Assembly (NCBI GenBank): GCA_030390025.1
Contig: CM059433.1
Coordinates: forward strand, 20,028,001 to 20,092,000
Reading direction: 5' to 3'
From: Squalus acanthias
Taxonomy: Eukaryota
Length of the DNA: 64,000 bases
A model generated the notes under the pieces. It did not search any database and had not been told where the DNA came from. It saw nothing but the letters and a program-made list of their open reading frames with translations. Shown here piece by piece: positions 51,060-64,000 of the stretch. The translations under genes and the position numbers were made by a program. Positions within the stretch are counted from its first letter, which is position 1. Every line of letters starts with the position of its first letter.

Positions 51060-51894
51060 CAAGGCCTTGGACAACGTGGACCACTTTCCATACCTCAGGA
51101 GCCTACTGTCAACAAGGGCAGACGTCGATGACGAAGTCCAACACCGCCTTCAGTGTGCCAGTGCCAGTGCAGCCTTCGGTCGCCTGAGGAAGAGAGTGTT
51201 TGAAGACCAGGACCTCAAACCCGGCACTAAGCTCATGGTCTACAGAGCAGCAGTGATACCCATCCTGCTGTATGCCTCAGAGACATGGACCATGTACAGC
51301 AGGCACCTCACAGCACTGAAGAGGTACCACCAACGCTGCCCCCGCAAGATCCTGCAAATCCATTGGCAGGATAGGCGCACCAACGTCAGTGTTCTCGCTC
51401 AGGCCAACATCCCCAGCATCGAAGCTTTGACCACGCTCGATCAGCTCCGATGGACGGATCACATCGTCCACATGCCCGATACGAGACTCCCAAAATAAGC
51501 GCTCTACTTGGAGCTCCGACACGGCAAGAGAGCCCCAGGTGGGCAGAGGAAACGCTTCAACGACACCCTCAAAGCCTCCTTGAAAAAGTGCAACATCCCC
51601 ACTGACACCTGGGAATCCCTGGCCCAAGACCGCACAAAGTGGAGGAGAAGCATCCGGGAAGGCGGCGAACACCTCGAGTCTCTTCGCCGGGAGCAAGCGG
51701 AAGCCAAGCGCAAACAGCGCTAGGAGCGCACGTCAACCTAAGCACCCCACCCACCCGCCCCTTCAACCACCGTCTGCCCCACCTGTGACAGAGACTGTAG
51801 GTCCCGCATTGGACTCATCAGTCACCTGAGAACTCATTTTTAATGTGGAAGCAAGTCATCCTCGGTTCCGAGGGACTGCCTAAGAAGAAGAAAG
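51060..51894 (+). mobile_element. RTE-clade LINE, 5'-truncated
   Basis: VDHFPYL...AFGRLRKRVF...LLYASETW...LRW..H..MPDTRLPK, GGQRKRFNDTLK, CPTC...GLISHLRTH zinc finger, (aag)n tail; few stops. Confidence 0.92.
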
Positions 51895-53777
51895 ATTCTT
51901 GTTGAAGCGTTAGCTAAAAACAGGTACTTCTTAATCAATAAAAAATGTGAGATTGAATACCTGGAGGGGAGTGCTATTCCATCTTGTTTAAAGGCACTTC
52001 AGACAAACATGTTGTGGTAGTGTATACCTCTCATCAGAACGCGATGAAAAGCACACACCCAAAATGTCGTAAACCTGTCTTCTTTCTTTACAGATGCTGA
52101 CTGACCTGCTCTGCATTTCAAGTATTTTCTGTTTTTAATTTCCGATTTCTGGCAATTGCAGTTTGTTTTTTTTATCTTAAAAACTATTTAAAAATTTGGC
52201 TTGAAATCAGTGCCCATAGTGATTACTGACTGAAGCGACTCAATATCGATCAGTATGACTCTGTTTACCAGTTAATAATCACTGCTGAATGGATCCAGTA
52301 AAGAGCGTCCCCATACTGATGACTTACAGTTCTTACTCTTCAAAATTATTAACACAGATAATATTCCAATGTAAGATTCCGGTCATAATGAAGACTGGGA
52401 GCTGCAGGCTAAAATAGGAACATAGGAACAGGAGTAGGCCATTCAGCCCCACAAGCCTGCTCCATTCAATTAGATCACGGCTGATCTGTATCATAACGCC
52501 TTGGTTCCATATCCTTTAATCCCTAAATGGGTGGAGTTTCTGCACAGTCAAATAGTCTCCGATTCACAGTCTCAGCACCATGTGGCAATCAATATGTTTA
52601 ATTCTGCCAGAAGTTGGAACACAAATCATCAGCAAAAAAAAAAAAAATTTGCTTTGATTGAAATTCACTGATGTCACACCGGCATCTGGTTGTTAAGTTA
52701 TCCAAAGTATACAAGTAGTGGAAAATGATATGCAAACATTCTGGCTGCGAATGCTGATCTAAAACCCTGGTTGATTTGACATTGCCTGCTGTTGGATTCA
52801 GCAATTCGTGTACGCAAGGCAGCCAATTGCCCACAGTGAAGGGTTCAAATATCTGGGGGCACAGGTTACAACTGAGCAAGTTAGGTATAAGAAGTTGGGT
52901 GGATTTGGTTTACCCAAAGTCCTGTTAAATAAGGTACCAGGAAAGCTATTGCAGCAGACCGTACAAATGAGTTTATAAACATTTATAGTCTATTTATATT
53001 GTAGATAATCTCGGAACAATGGCATCAGTTCCATTCAGGCAATATAAATCCTACTGACCATAAAGTGCATAAAGGCAAATGCAGAACTTTTCTCCTGGCA
53101 GTTACATTTTCAATGTTTTGAGAGCACTATTACTCATGGTATCACCCACAGTCTATATTTTAAAAACTGCCCGACAGTGGCAGGGGCAGGGCGGGGGGAG
53201 GGGGGTTGGGGTTGGGGGGGGGCGGTGGGGGCGTGGGTGGTGGGGGCTCGCAGTCCAAGGGACTGTCTGCATACTTTTAAAACAGTGTTGGCCACAGACT
53301 GGAATTATACTCCATGCAGTGTCAAGCCCATGGTGTGGCAGACTGCCTCCTCCAACTAGAGATAGGTTGGAACCCAACTCCAAGTTTAGCACTGGTGCCA
53401 AGTGGAAACTGCTTTTCAGGCATGCTGAAGTTGCAGCGGAACTGGAATGCATTTCTGGTGAGACAAGGAAGGTGGTGAGACGGCAGATCAGATAACACTG
53501 TTCTATCGAAGGGAGCTTGTTGTGCCTGAAGGCCTTTTAAATGTTCAAAAAAGCTTGTATGCTGTTACAGGAACTAGCCTGGACTTTGCCAAGCTTCGGT
53601 TTTGAATGCCTTGATTTGTCGGAGGATGGAAGAGTGAGGGAGGAGGAAGAGCCACAGTTTTGAGGTCCTGGAAAAGAATGAGTTAGATTAGGAGATGGTG
53701 CAATGAGTTTTGAGTTGAACACAGTGAGGTTGCAGCAAGAAAGAACAATGTGTAGGATGGTGTATTACGAGCTTTCG

Positions 53778-55392
53778 AAGAAAGAAAGAATTTGCATTTA
53801 CATGTCACAGCCAATGAAGTACTTTTGAACTGTAATCATTATTGTAATGTAGGGAAAGGCAACAACCAATCTACAAACAGCAAGATTCCACAAACAGCAA
53901 TCAGATGAAAGAAAGAAAGAAAGACTTGCATTTATATAGCACCTTTCACAACCCCAGGACATCCCAATTAAGTACTTTGAAGTGTAGTTGTATTGCAGGA
54001 AATGAGACAGCAAATTTGCTCAGAAACAGCAATGGCCCGTATTTTCCGATCGCAGGCCTCCCGCGGGCGGAGGCCTGCGATCTGGAAAAATCTGCGCCCT
54101 TACCTGAGGGCTCCCGGGACGCACACACTTCCGATGCTGGGCCTCACCAAACTTGAAGTGCGCAGGGCCCACGTATCCCAGAGGCGCATGTAGTTCGCAG
54201 CATCCCTGGGATCATGTGGGCCATGGGGAGCCAATCACAGAAGGGAATCTCCCTTCATACATTTGACAGGAAGACCTGTGAAATATATGAATGGAGATCA
54301 ATGAAAAAACACAGTAAAACTTTAAATACATTTTTAAAAAATCACATTTTTAAAATGACTTGAAATTACAATAAATTAACTATTTTAAACAAAAATTAAA
54401 TTTTTTGAAAAAAATAATTAAAGTTTTTTACGGGGCTAAAAATAAACTTACCTTTTTTTAAAGTATTTTTAAATGATAAATCAGTGAAAAAAAAATTTTT
54501 TTGTGACTTTTTTTCAACTCTTATCCTGGTAAAAGCAGGCCTTACGCTTTTACCAGGTGCAAGAATTGTAAGGGTTTTCTGCGGGCGGAGGGTCTCCAAA
54601 AAGTGGAACTATCCGCCCGCAGAGGCCCTTCTCCAGGGCAGCCGGAGGATCGGTCAAGACCATTCTTGACAGATCGGAAATGCCGGTTTTCAGCGCATGC
54701 ACTGTACATGCCTGAATCCGGCATTTCCGATGTCCCTACGGGTGGGTACACAGCGCATACCCACCCGCAGGGATCGGATAATGACCAGATAATCTGTTTT
54801 AGTGATGTTTATTGAGGGATAAATATTGGCCAGAACACCAGGGAGAACTCCCCTGCTCTTCTTCAAAATAGTGTCATAAGATTGATTAGGCCCACCTGAG
54901 AAGGCAGGTTAGGTCTCTGTTTAACATCACATTTGAAAGACAGTACCTCTGACAGTGCAGCACTCATTCAGTACTGTCCTGCAGAGTCAGCCTAGCTTTT
55001 GTGCTAAATCTCTGAAGTGGGACTTAAACCCACAATCAACTAACTCAGAGGTGAGAGTGCTACTACTGAGCTGCGGCCAACACCTCTATCTAACAACCAG
55101 ATCATTGTTTTTTCTTGTTTTGGTTGAGGGATAAATATTGACCAGAACACCGGGAGAACTTCACTGCTCTTCTGTGAATAGTGCCATGAGATCTTCCATG
55201 TCCACCTGAGCAGGCAGACAAGATCTCAGTTTAGCATCTCATCTGGAAGACAGCAGCTCCGCAGTGCAGCACTTCCTCAGTACTGCACTCAAGTGCCAGA
55301 CTAGAATATGTGCTTAATTATCTCGCGTGGGTCTTGAAGCCACAACCTTCTGATTCAGAGGTGAGAGTGCTACCACTGAGCCAAGGCTGATA
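53778..55392 (-). mobile_element. Two nested Deu-SINEs (outer 53778-53906 + 55090-55392; inner 53907-55085)
   Basis: Two tails followed by two heads; outer halves rejoin at cagcaat...accagat. Confidence 0.75.
54034..54778. mobile_element. MITE related to the 11960 family, right TIR clipped
   Basis: GGCCCGTATTTTCCGATC left end after AAT; ends ...gatcgga; AT-rich core; tgccggttttcagcgcatgc motif. Confidence 0.75.
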
Positions 55393-57615
55393 CTTAGAGA
55401 GGGAAGGTTCAGAAGAGGCTGACCATAGTAAAGAGAGAGTGAGATGTTTGAGACTAGAGGTAAGATAGGGATTGCCTTTCAGACAACATGTTTTTATCAT
55501 CTTCCCGTCCAGGAGTATGAGAAAGGCCTTCCCAAATATGGTCACGTCTTCAAACCTTGTGTGGATTTGGGCCTTAGAAAGAGTTAAAAGTGTTGGGGGG
55601 TTGGTGGTGTGGGAGAGCTCTATGTAAGAGAAAACCAAGCTTCTTGGAAATAGCTTTGGTAGTGGATGAACTGGGAAGAGTTCTGTTTAAGATCAGGGAA
55701 GATAGTGAGGCAAAACATATCAATAGATTAGGAGGACAAAAAGTCAAAGAGTAGAAACAGCAAAGGTAAGAGACAGCAGCTGATCCCACACTGAGTCTTT
55801 CTTTTGTTTCAAATTGACAACAACTCTATTATCGAAAGCAGCAATTGTCATTTATACAGCGCCTTTAATATAGTGTAACATTCTAAAGCACTTCACTTGG
55901 GTGAGAATGGATACTGAGCATTAGTAGAAGTAGACTTAGTGGTGGTGATGAAAAGCATGGTAAAAGAGGTAGATTTTGAGGAGGGTTTTAAAGTGGGGGA
56001 GAAAGACAGCATGCCACACAGCTGCAGAACACTGGGCTTCATCCTGAGTGAACAGCCAGAGAGAGAGAGATGGGATTGAGCACAAAGTTTTTAATGCGAG
56101 TTGAGCAGAATGAGAATGTGAAGAAAGTTGGAACTAGTTTTGGCTAGCAAGAACAAAAACCTAAATTTTACAACCTACTCTTAATCGAAAACCAGATTAT
56201 TTGAAGACATCTAGAGGGTAATTTCACAAAGTGCTGCTGCTGGTCGTGAGTGCGGGTTGAAGACATCATGGGAGACACCAAGACTGTGATGCTATAACCC
56301 TGATTCTCTGACTCATGCTTACCGCTACTGAGGCTCTCCATCTGCAACAGAAATGACCCTCTTAGCTAATGTATCAGGGTCCATAAAGAATCGTGCTACT
56401 CCTGATATTTTTGGTTCATTATTTTCAGGGGGTAAGGCATCTTCATCCTTTAGCTGAATGACAATACTCTAGGATAGTGCCAGATTGAGGTGACTGCTTG
56501 TTTGTCAAGTTAGAAAACCGATCTCAGTGAACAATTACATTTTTCAGGGTGAAAATAGATTTTTCTTTGTATATCAGCCTGAACAAGTTTAGTAAAGCTT
56601 TTCTACCTCATTTAGTTTTTTTTAATGCCTATCACTCAGTATTGATGTGAGTGATGTAACATTAGCTGCAACATTTAATTAAAAGAATGCAAAGTTCATT
56701 CAAACTTTCATGGGTTTCTCATAGTGGAACTTCAAGACATTATTAGTGACTGAAAAACTTACAACAGAATGTTGCTTAAGGCATGGAATTTGGCCATTAT
56801 GAATGTGCTGGAATTAATTTGTGGACACTAAAGAAGACATCACTGTGCAATCATTATTTCCAGCTCTTTAGACAATTACACTGATTACAACTATTGTATC
56901 ATTTGCAAATAAGAGGCTGATTTTTCAGTGCCTTAATGGCATTCTTTAACCTAAATCTCCAAAGCTGATTAAAAGTGTGATACAAGACCTTAACAAGCAT
57001 GTACTTGAAACAAAAATTACATTAAAACAGCAGTATAATGAGCTACATAAAAAGTGGCAAATATTCAGTAAGTGCAGTGACACACCTGACAATAAATTTG
57101 TAATCGCATGCCAGCCCACGGGGGCAGTTTTTGGATTTTAGTATGCGCATGTGTGGACAGTCCCGGTGGAATGCAAAAAGCTGATTTGTATACAATGTAG
57201 CATTGCATAGCATGATGGAGAGGAGAATACTTTTTTATGCTGGTCTTAATGACATAAAAATATCTCTGGATAATATACATATATGTGTATATAGTAATAA
57301 TATATGAAGTGTAAAACATAGTTTAATATGAGATTTGTATGAGTGAGGGAGGTACACAAAGCCATGTTGTAGCAACGGTTCTGGTATAATACACAGCCTT
57401 ATTTTATATACTGCGTACACATTTAGTTTATAGTCCCAATTTTTAAAGCAAATTTCTATTTTATCCCAATTCACTCACTGATACATATTCTGTGTTTATG
57501 GGAAAACAAGAATGACTGGACAATGGATTACTTTGAGACAACTCTCAATGCCAATGAATAGTTGGCAAGATGTGCAATTTAAGCAAGCGAAAGCCATGCA
57601 TAAGGTACAAGTATT

Positions 57616-58372
57616 GCCCTGGAATTTCCGCAATTTTTTTGGCGCAATTCGTCCGAAATCGACTTAACCAGTGCAAAAGATCGCGGAATTTGAAGCGCAA
57701 ATGACGTTCAGCGCTACTCGAGTTTCCGCGATCTTTTGCGCTAGTTTAAAGAACATCACGCTAGAAGCAGGCCCCGCCCACAAAACTGGCCACGCCTCCA
57801 GAATGCATTAATCACCATTGGGAGTTTCCACTAATTGCGTTTGTTTGCAGGCCTTTGAGGAGGCTGTAAAAATTAAATTGGTTCTTTTGGGCGCAAGGAG
57901 ATGAATTGGAGCGTTTTAAAAGCTTTTCAATATAATTTATTTTTAATTTACTAAGAAGCTGACTACTGTACCCTGACTAACTGGAAAATGGTTTTGCATA
58001 TCTTTTAAACATCATTTTCAGTCATTTACAATCGGGTTACTCAGAGGCGGTGAATTGACACTGCGATTAAAAATGCTTATTTTTTTGTGATTAAATCCAT
58101 TTTCAGCTGTATTAATTAAACTGCACCTCGTTGCCACTCTTAAATATATCAAGGAATATTTTTTAACGCAAAAATGTTTTTTTTTTAATTATGTTTTAAT
58201 ACATTGCCCCTTTGCGCCGGTTCATGGCAGATTTTGCGTTCAGCGATATGCAAATGAGTTTGAGCCAAAACGCGCGAGAGAGAGAAAAAAAAAACATTTT
58301 TCAAAACGGATCCAATTTTGGGCGAAATTTGTGCCCGTTTCGGCGATTGCATCCAAAGCAGAAACTCTACCC
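57616..58372. mobile_element. MITE
   Basis: ccctggaatttccgc / gcagaaactctaccc ends; homology to 1-150. Confidence 0.65.
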
Positions 58373-60654
58373 TTTTATGTCTGCCACGAAAAGAACACGA
58401 TTAATGAGTCACCCAATCTAGCAGTTCATTCAAGAATGGATGAAAGTCACTCAGCTGAGACAGACGGGATTGAATGATGGACAGTTTTGGGACTTGAACC
58501 AGTAAACAGTTAGATAGTAGCAGGTGTTGTGCTGCTTGCAATGATTGTTCTTGTTCCTATTCTGAAATTTCATTTTCCACTGATCACATTCACTTGAAAG
58601 AAATGTGATGTTTTCTTACATTCACGCTATTGTGAGCTGATCATCCTGTTATGGTTTTTATTTTCAACATGCATTGGGTAATGTGTCCAACACAGCTGGG
58701 AATAGCATTGAAGCACCATCTCTTCAGGAGATGTTTGGATGGAATCAGGTGATCTCCTTTTGCATTGCGTAGAAGTAATCCAGGCGGCCACCTGCAATTA
58801 TTTTCAATCACAAGAGGTCATTATAAACAGGTGGCAAATATTTTATTTTTGAATGTAGTCTTTATCCTCCTGTAGGGTAATTTTTAAATTACTATGATTA
58901 TATTAAAAATCTATCAATCTAATCATAGCATTATTTCTCTCTTCAGATCAACTGGAGATATTTGGACTAGACACTGAGCCTAAAAGCACTGTCACTATAA
59001 TAAATAGACATTGGACATTCAGTCTCCTGGTCGAGGTGGGTTTGAACATGTACCCACACTTCACCTAGCCTACCTACACATACATTTGTTATCTTGACTG
59101 AGTAACAGAGTGGCTATTTTGTTGTTGAATTAAGTACATAGACTTTTTCATTTTATAATTTTATTTGCTGGATTGTTGTAGGTAGCATTAAAGCGTAAAA
59201 ATAAAAGAATTAGGAGCAGGAGTAGGTAAATCGGCCCCTCGAGCTTGCTCCGCCATTCAATAAGATCATGGCTGATCTTCTACCTCAACCTCCATATCAC
59301 TTGATTTCCTTAATATCTAATTGTGGTATTCACAATCTAATTAACATCAATGCCTATTAAGACGTAACGCTTCCTTACACACAAAACGATTCCATCCATT
59401 GGAATACTCCTGCTGAGTCTCAGTACCCCTTTACATTCTCAGCCTGGGATATCACCCTTGACCTGAGTTAGTGGAAGTGCATTGCATCAAGCCCCATTTA
59501 CTAGTACCATGAGTCACTCACTGCTTAGAATAATGCTGGTTTTCTTTAATGCACCAAAAATGTCATGCTTTCACTATTGTGTACTCTTATGAGTAAATTC
59601 ACCATTTGGACTTGTTCCTTGGAGCACAGGATTCCCCGCTGCAATCATGGGATAGTGATTTTACATTGCATTATATTCTCACTCAGCGTATTTATATTGA
59701 ATTTGTGTGTAATTTAATTTACTATGTTATATATATATTTATTAGACAGAGAGTGAGAGGAACCATCTGATCCACAAAGAGTCACATGGTCTTGATCGGA
59801 GGGAACGTTTTGGTTTTCACAGTGTCCAGGCAGAGGGATGGAATGGGTGACAAAAGTATGGAGGTCGTGGCGGGGGCCGAATACTGCTCAACATTAATTC
59901 TCAACCAACATGACAATGCTTTTGCTGACAAAGATTACCTACTACATTTACCTACAACAGTCACGGCACTTTAAGAGTATTCCACAGTGTGAAGTACTTT
60001 AAAACATTTCAATGATGTGATATAAATCCAAGCATTTTCTTTTTCCTTCAAAAACAAAAAAAACTCCAGGGGTGGATACTATTTATCTTCGGCGACTAAG
60101 GTAGAACAGCGATGGGATTTGTGAGGTGCTGACAGCCATGAGGGACTTGATGAATGCTAGCATCCTCTTGATTAGAAATGTACCGATTTACAAAGTGGCA
60201 AATTGTCAAAAATGGCCCCATCAAACCCACATTAATACTGGTTAAAATGCTGAAATTAATTAATAAGAGGAAGCTTGAGGACAACCTATATGTAAGCATC
60301 AACCAACACTTACTCAGAAGTGGAAGAATCTAGCTGACCAACCTCTTTGATTTTTGAGGAAGTGACATTGCAAGTGGACATTTGGAAGCCCTACAATGTG
60401 GTGTACCTAGACTTAGAAAAGAGAATTTAATACAGTTCCACACCAAAGGCTGCTTGTTACGCTTTAAGCATCTAAAGTTATGCTCTGGGTATTTGCGTAT
60501 GAACACAAGGTTCATCTGAAATTCTTACCACTACTTTAGTTGTGGCACTAATCCATTTATTTTAAAGCGGTTAGCATCGCTGCCAAAAAGAGTGAAGAGA
60601 ACTTAATAAACCATTTAAATTCAAATAGTTTTTTCAGTTGAATTCAAACATATT

Positions 60655-62187
60655 TGGCCGGACTTTGCTGTAGCAGGGCATCTAATGGCATTTGCCGTTA
60701 GTTAGACTAGCCCCCTCCCTTCAGCTCAAAACGTTTTGCCCACAAAGTTGCTGCCAGTGCGAGCTGATAATGGTGCAGCGAGGGAAACAGGGCATCTGGG
60801 ACCTTGGTGAACAGGCCAAGCAACAGGGTATCTCCTTAACCAATGATTTAAGGATTGGGAAATAAACAGCGGAAGGATTGAGAAGGAGGGTGAATTAGAG
60901 TGGGTGAATTCAATGTCAAATCAGGTACAGAAAGAGAAATAGAGGGAAAGAAAGATTGAATTAAGTGAGAGAGAGAACAAAGAGGCAGAAAGGAAAAGTA
61001 AGAAAAATAATGGCCCAGAAATTGATCTCGCTCTGTTCCCGCGGGGGTAAGCCTTTCCCGCGATGTCTCACCTCGCTTATGCTTTTTCTGATCCAGCTCG
61101 CACGAAATTGATGTTCCAGACATCAGCTGTGCTGGGCTTGCGTATCCCAGCGGCGTAGTTAATTCGTGCGAGCTGTGGGATCACGTGACTCAGTTAGAGC
61201 CAATGGCAGCACACCATCTTCCATTCATAAGTCTCACAGCATGGCTGAGAGACTTATGAATCTTACACCCCCCCAAAATAACAGCTAAACCTCAATTAAA
61301 TTAAAAAAAAAAACCATCACATTAATAAAATAAGTATAGTTAATTAAATTAACCATTTTAAATAAAAAATTAAATTTTTGAAAAAATTTAAAATCTTTTA
61401 AAAAGTTATAAAAATAAACTTACCTGTCTTTAAAGTCTATAAAAAAGACATACCTGTAAAAAAAAAATCAAAAAAATACTTAATTCACTACTTACCTTCT
61501 TAAAAGCGGGTCTTACTCCTCCTTTTTACATTTCCAAAATCTTCAGTACCTCCCTGCGCGTCCAAAGCATGAAGTGCACAGCGTGCGCGCAGCCTGTAGC
61601 GCGCACGCGATGCACCCAGGCCCCGCCCCCTTTTCGGAAGAGCAATTGCCGGTTTTCAGCGCATGCGCAGGGCATGCAGAAAACCGGCAATTGGAGTGTG
61701 AATACGCGAGAGTATGCAGTGCGTACTCTCGCGTCGCGGGATCAATTTTCGGCCCAATATAAAATTTAAAATTTGACATTTTAAAAATCTCCTCAAAATT
61801 CAAAACCTGAAAGAATAAGACTCCAGATTTGTAATTGTTAATTTTCAGTGCTAGAGAGGTTGATTGGCAATAATTAACAATTTTCAAGTCATTAAAAGGG
61901 TACTTACGCTACTAACTACTAGCCTAGACACCTGTGGCGAGTTTAGATTGTATCTACCGTGCAAATGCAGCAACTTCACGACATTCAATGCATTTCCATG
62001 CTGAGGCAGTCAGCGAGATGCTGTTTTTGCGAAGCTAACGGCAGAGCGGCACAATTCAGACAGCAACTTTTGCATATTCGCATTTAACCGCGCATCTGCC
62101 CCTCGCCTGAAGTTCCTGTGCCATTTACCCATAAATAACGGTGAGCGGCGTTAGGCTCACCATTATTTTGACAGCAAAATTTGTCCC
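60655..62187. mobile_element. MITE interrupted by a younger MITE
   Basis: TGGCCGGACTTTGCTG / CAGCAAAATTTGTCCC; ATT TSD. Confidence 0.75.
61012..61755 (-). mobile_element. 744-bp MITE, inverted copy of 11960-12703
   Basis: AAT TSD; same length; few differences. Confidence 0.92.
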
Positions 62188-62346
62188 ATTATGCTTCTTC
62201 AGAGGATGCACATTCCGCTTAATACACTTGCAATATGCCATGAGGACAACATCATCCTCTGTGATATTTTTGGAATCAGCATTCTTGGTGGTGAGTCACA
62301 ATAGTTATGTATGAAAACAAATGGATGGCCTTTTCTTGAGTTTAAG

Positions 62347-63081
62347 GGGTTGATATTAACCACCACCACATGACGGATGGGAGAGGGTCGGGGGTTAAAA
62401 ATTAAAATCCATGAAACGGGACCCCAACATACCGCGTACATGCCTGCCGCCATTTTTACGGCAGTGGGTTGCAAGCTGTGTCTGTGTCCTGTCTTGGAGA
62501 GGCGGGAATCTTCATTATAATATTTAAGTCAGGCTCCCACAGTGCAGTTGGGAGCTTGATTTAAATTTAACAGTTGCCGGCCGACAGCTAAATGGAGAGC
62601 TGAGCAGCTGGATGCAGAAGCACTCCTTGTGAGCCAGGAGGAACAGCGGTGCTCCCCCCCCGCCGGCCCCTCAAGCAAACCTTCTGCCGATCGCAACCTC
62701 TCCTCGCAGCCACGATCAGCTGACACACAGCCCCCCCCCCACCTCCAACCCCATATCACGAGCCGCCTACCCCTCAAACAACTGACCCCCCCACCCCACA
62801 CCAATCCCCAATCATTCCCGATTGCCGAGGACTGTTCCCAGCTTCCTGCCGCTGGCTCTCGCGCCCGGCAGCCTGTCGGACAGCCTGCCAATCTGGTCAG
62901 CTGCCGGGCAGGAAACGGAACAAAGAAATGATAATGAGGTCCTAGCCGTTATATTCGGCAGGAACTCCACGTCTCCGCCCGGGATTTCTTGGTTTCCACC
63001 CCACCCACTTCCCCCCCCCCCAACCCGGCTCTACTGCATTCCCCCACATCCTCCCTGCCTCCCCAGTAAATATTAGGGCCC
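62347..63081. mobile_element. GC-rich MITE
   Basis: gggttgatatt / aatattagggccc; possible AAG TSD. Confidence 0.55.
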
Positions 63082-63129
63082 AAGTAATAGATGCTGAAGA
63101 AAGATTTAATCAGTCAGTTCAATTCATCA

Positions 63130-63480
63130 GAATGAATTTTTGAATGCTATTGGATCTCCTCCTTCCAAAATACTAACCCTACCAGCTGTTCCCTGGCCTC
63201 AACCACCCTTCCCGGCAGTCTGTTACAGCCATTGTCCACCCTCCATTTCAAGGAAAACTTGCTAGTGTCCACGCAAAAGAATGGCCTTAACAACCTGTGT
63301 CGTCTTGTCTACTGCACGGGTGTATTTGGAAGTATTGTTCCAAGTTTCCTTTCTCTATCCCGGTAGTTCTTGTACATATACTCGATAAGATCTCCCCAGT
63401 GAAGTTGCTTCTCAACACTAAAGAGCACCAGCTTATCAAATTGCTGCTTGTAGCTCTTTCCTCTGATCCCAGCTTTTTGC
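63130..63480 (-). mobile_element. Highly degenerate CR1 fragment; an opposite-strand CR1 piece follows at about 63580-63890
   Basis: GDLIEYMYK...TRRH...NRLPGRVVEA on -; KLYNTLVRP..EYYAQF on +. Confidence 0.5.
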
Positions 63481-64000
63481 TGTCTTCTGAATGCCTCGAG
63501 GGTTTAGATTTATTCCCCCTCCCCCATCTATGGGTATGGCAAGCTTGGTACTTAAACGTGTCCAGTCATTGTGGAGCAGCAAGTAACAAAGAAAGTCATG
63601 TTAAAATTCATGTTAAAACTGTACAATACTCTAGTTAGACCAGATGCTGAGTACTATGCCCAGTTTTAGTTATCGAGACAAACAGGGGACATTCAAACAC
63701 TGAGGGCAGTGCAAAGAACAGCCGTGAGGTTCAGCATTAGAGGGCTGAGCTATGAAGAAAAACCAGAGAGGCAGCAACTGAGATGGGAGCTCATGGGATG
63801 TGTGAGATGGTAAATTGTATCTAAAAAGGAAATTCTGGAACACTACTTCAAATTAAGCTGCAATGGAAGGACAAGAAGACACAGGTTCAAACAACAACTT
63901 GCCTTGATATAATGCTTTGAACATGAAAACATTTCCCAAGGTACAAACAGAGGCATAAGGAAAATGGACACTGAGACAAAGGAGAGGTTTGGAGGGGTGA

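Larger units (their letters stand above)
53540..55790 (-). mobile_element. Old CR1/Jockey-group LINE (53540-53775 + 55395-55790) split by SINEs
   Basis: KAISKKLGFL, LLTLSKAQIH upstream; NSFFSRTSKLW downstream. Confidence 0.55.

Noticed and set aside
58947..59002. Plus-strand exon DQLEIFGLDTEPKSTVTI*
   Set aside because: Good acceptor but no partner exons or homology
49000..64000. Native ASF1A locus with neighbouring MCM9 exons
   Set aside because: No ASF1 exons 2-4 or MCM motifs recognised in the window

Overview
Eukaryotic, repeat-dominated DNA. The mix of SacSINE1-like Deu-SINEs, CR1/L2/RTE LINEs and Penelope-like palindromes points to a cartilaginous fish (shark); this is inferred from recalled repeat families, not a search. 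No intact protein-coding gene, rRNA, tRNA or CRISPR array is supportable. Main contents: (i) three internally deleted PIF/Harbinger elements that together preserve a convergent transposase + Myb/SANT-like gene pair, plus many MITEs with GG[GC]..ATTT termini and mostly 3-bp TSDs; (ii) two four-layer nested insertions; (iii) an orphan, disabled copy of ASF1A exon 1 in GC-rich DNA next to a hAT-like end; (iv) a 23-bp minisatellite; (v) Penelope-like terminal repeats with truncated hammerhead motifs and one separate degenerate hammerhead candidate. Most ORFs in the track are repeat-derived or spurious. Boundaries of old repeats are approximate.
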